A stretch of DNA of 63,861 nt, counting the filler, from Chiloscyllium plagiosum (Eukaryota): assembly GCF_004010195.1 (NCBI RefSeq). It is 4 parts of one record of this genome, joined end to end, with 100 filler letters (N's around TTAATTAATTAA, not from the genome) between each part and the next. Parts side by side here need not be neighbours in the genome. Positions count along the whole stretch, not along the records: positions 61,228 to 63,861 come from NC_057714.1; 3 more parts are not named here. One strand, written 5' to 3'. The notes below the pieces were generated by a model. It was not told the origin of the DNA, made no database searches, and saw only the letters and a program-made list of their open reading frames with translations. Positions 62,372-63,861 of the stretch are shown here, piece by piece. Position 1 is the first letter of the stretch. Each line of letters opens with the position of its first letter. Both the position numbers and the translations under genes were made by a program.

Positions 62372-63387
62372 AAATTCACTGCTACAGGAAGTGTTGAGGC
62401 CCAAACATTATGTCTTTCATGAAGTAGGTAGAGATAGCTCATGTGGCTAAAGGGATTGAGGAATATAGAGTGAGCGTGTGATCAGGGTAGTGAGTTCAAT
62501 GTTCAGTGATGGAACAAGACTGAGAGGTCAAATGGCTTACTCCTATCTTTTATTTTTAAATCACGAGGGTCTCCACATTTTGAGGTTTTTGTTATTTTTT
62601 GATTTGAATTACATTAATTCAACTTGAAACATCTTATTGCAGCGTAACCTATGTGTAATGCATACAACATACTGGACAGAATAGCGTCAACAGCATCCCA
62701 CTGCCAGTGGTATAATTGGAAATAGATATCATTTCAGTTCTCCTATTTGGCACCATTGTAAACAGAATGATAATTAAAATTTAAAGTATCAAGTAGGGGC
62801 ATGTATGATTAAGTAATGGTGGGTGCTTGACAGTATTGAAACCCACTGTCTGATGACAATGCCACAGTTATTGGTGAAACAGCAAGCTCTAAATTATAGC
62901 CAAAATCTCCCCAATTATTAAAGTAAATTTATAGAGAGGACAAAGTTGGCACAGACATTTTTGATTCAAATTTAAAGGACACTTGGAAATAATTCACATT
63001 ATCTTGGTTTTACTTTATTCAGGTGTATTGTCATTTTTTGTTTATTCAGAAAGCTAATGTAGTGGCACTCATCAATTGTTACAGGGGAATTAAGGACATT
63101 GGTCTAGATTTTCTGATGATGAGATAATTGTTTCTGAAGTGTAGACAAGGGTAGTGCCCAGGGACTTTGTGGAATCCCCCTCATAGCCCAGTCGATGAGA
63201 ATTGTCGGGGAAATTGGAAATTTCGCTGGGCAATTCTCCTACACTTGAAACCTTTGAAAATATCCATTTAAATGTTAGAATTCAGATGGTACCCCTACTG
63301 TAAAGTAAATCATGACATGGGAAAAGTTAGATGACTAAATATCTAGTCTAACTCCTAAGTAACTATTCAACTGACCCCCAACTTACC

Positions 63388-63861
63388 TCGACGTTTCGGG
63401 CAAAAGCCCTTCATCAGGAATAAAGGCAGAGAGCCTGAAGCATGGAGAGATAAGCTAGAGGAGGGTGGGGGGGGGGAGAGAGTAGCATAGAGTACAATAG
63501 GTCAGTGGGGAAGGAGATGAAGGTGATAGGTCAGGGAAGAGAGGGTGGAGTGGATAGGTGGAAAAGGAGCTGGGCAGGTCGGACAAGTCCGGACAGGTCG
63601 AGTTACTGGAGGTTAGAAACTAGGATGAGGTGGGGGAAGGGGAAATGAGGAAACTGTTGAAATCCACATTGATGCCCTGGGGTTGAAGTGTTCCGAGGCG
63701 GAAGATGAGGCGTTCTTCCTCCAGGCGTCTGGTGGTGAGGGAGCGGCGGTGGAGGAGGCCCAGCACCTCCATATCCTCGGCAGAGTGGGAGGGGGAGTTG
63801 AAATGTTGAGCCACGGGGCGATTTGGTTGATTGGTGCGGGTGTCTCGAAGATGTTCCCTAA
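63388..63861 (-). mobile_element. Young Penelope-like element 3' end (GIY-YIG C-terminus, pLTR, hammerhead at ~63388-63420); continues beyond the window
   Basis: AQHFNSPSHSAEDMEVLGLL...RRLEEERLIFRLGTLQPQGINVDF; CTGATGAAGGGCTTTTGCCCGAAACGTCGA. Confidence 0.9.

Overview
Repeat-saturated vertebrate DNA, almost certainly from a cartilaginous fish (shark). This is inferred from HE1-type V-SINEs, HER1/CR1 LINEs and Penelope pLTRs. It is a draft assembly with N gaps and artificial TTAATTAATTAA linkers. (1) The first 27.6 kb is one large diverged palindrome: arm 1-~11317 pairs with ~14205-27647, around a ~2.9 kb spacer. Each arm carries a defective class I endogenous retrovirus (608-bp LTR, tRNA-Pro PBS, gag, deleted pol, gamma-type env interrupted by a CR1), CR1 fragments and a degenerate L2-derived tandem array. 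(2) The right-arm ERV breaks off into a Gmr1-like Gypsy remnant. (3) The remainder is CR1/SINE/L1/Penelope debris. It includes about a dozen minimal hammerhead-ribozyme motifs, several in short fold-back elements with 12-18 bp flanking duplications. (4) Two candidate spliced host genes that I cannot name were assembled by eye from splice sites and phases: a + strand 4-exon model (~172 aa, with D-box-like and KEN motifs) and a - strand gene 3' end nested in its intron. No intact TE ORF, rRNA, real tRNA or CRISPR is seen. All family assignments are by recognition only, with no searches run.
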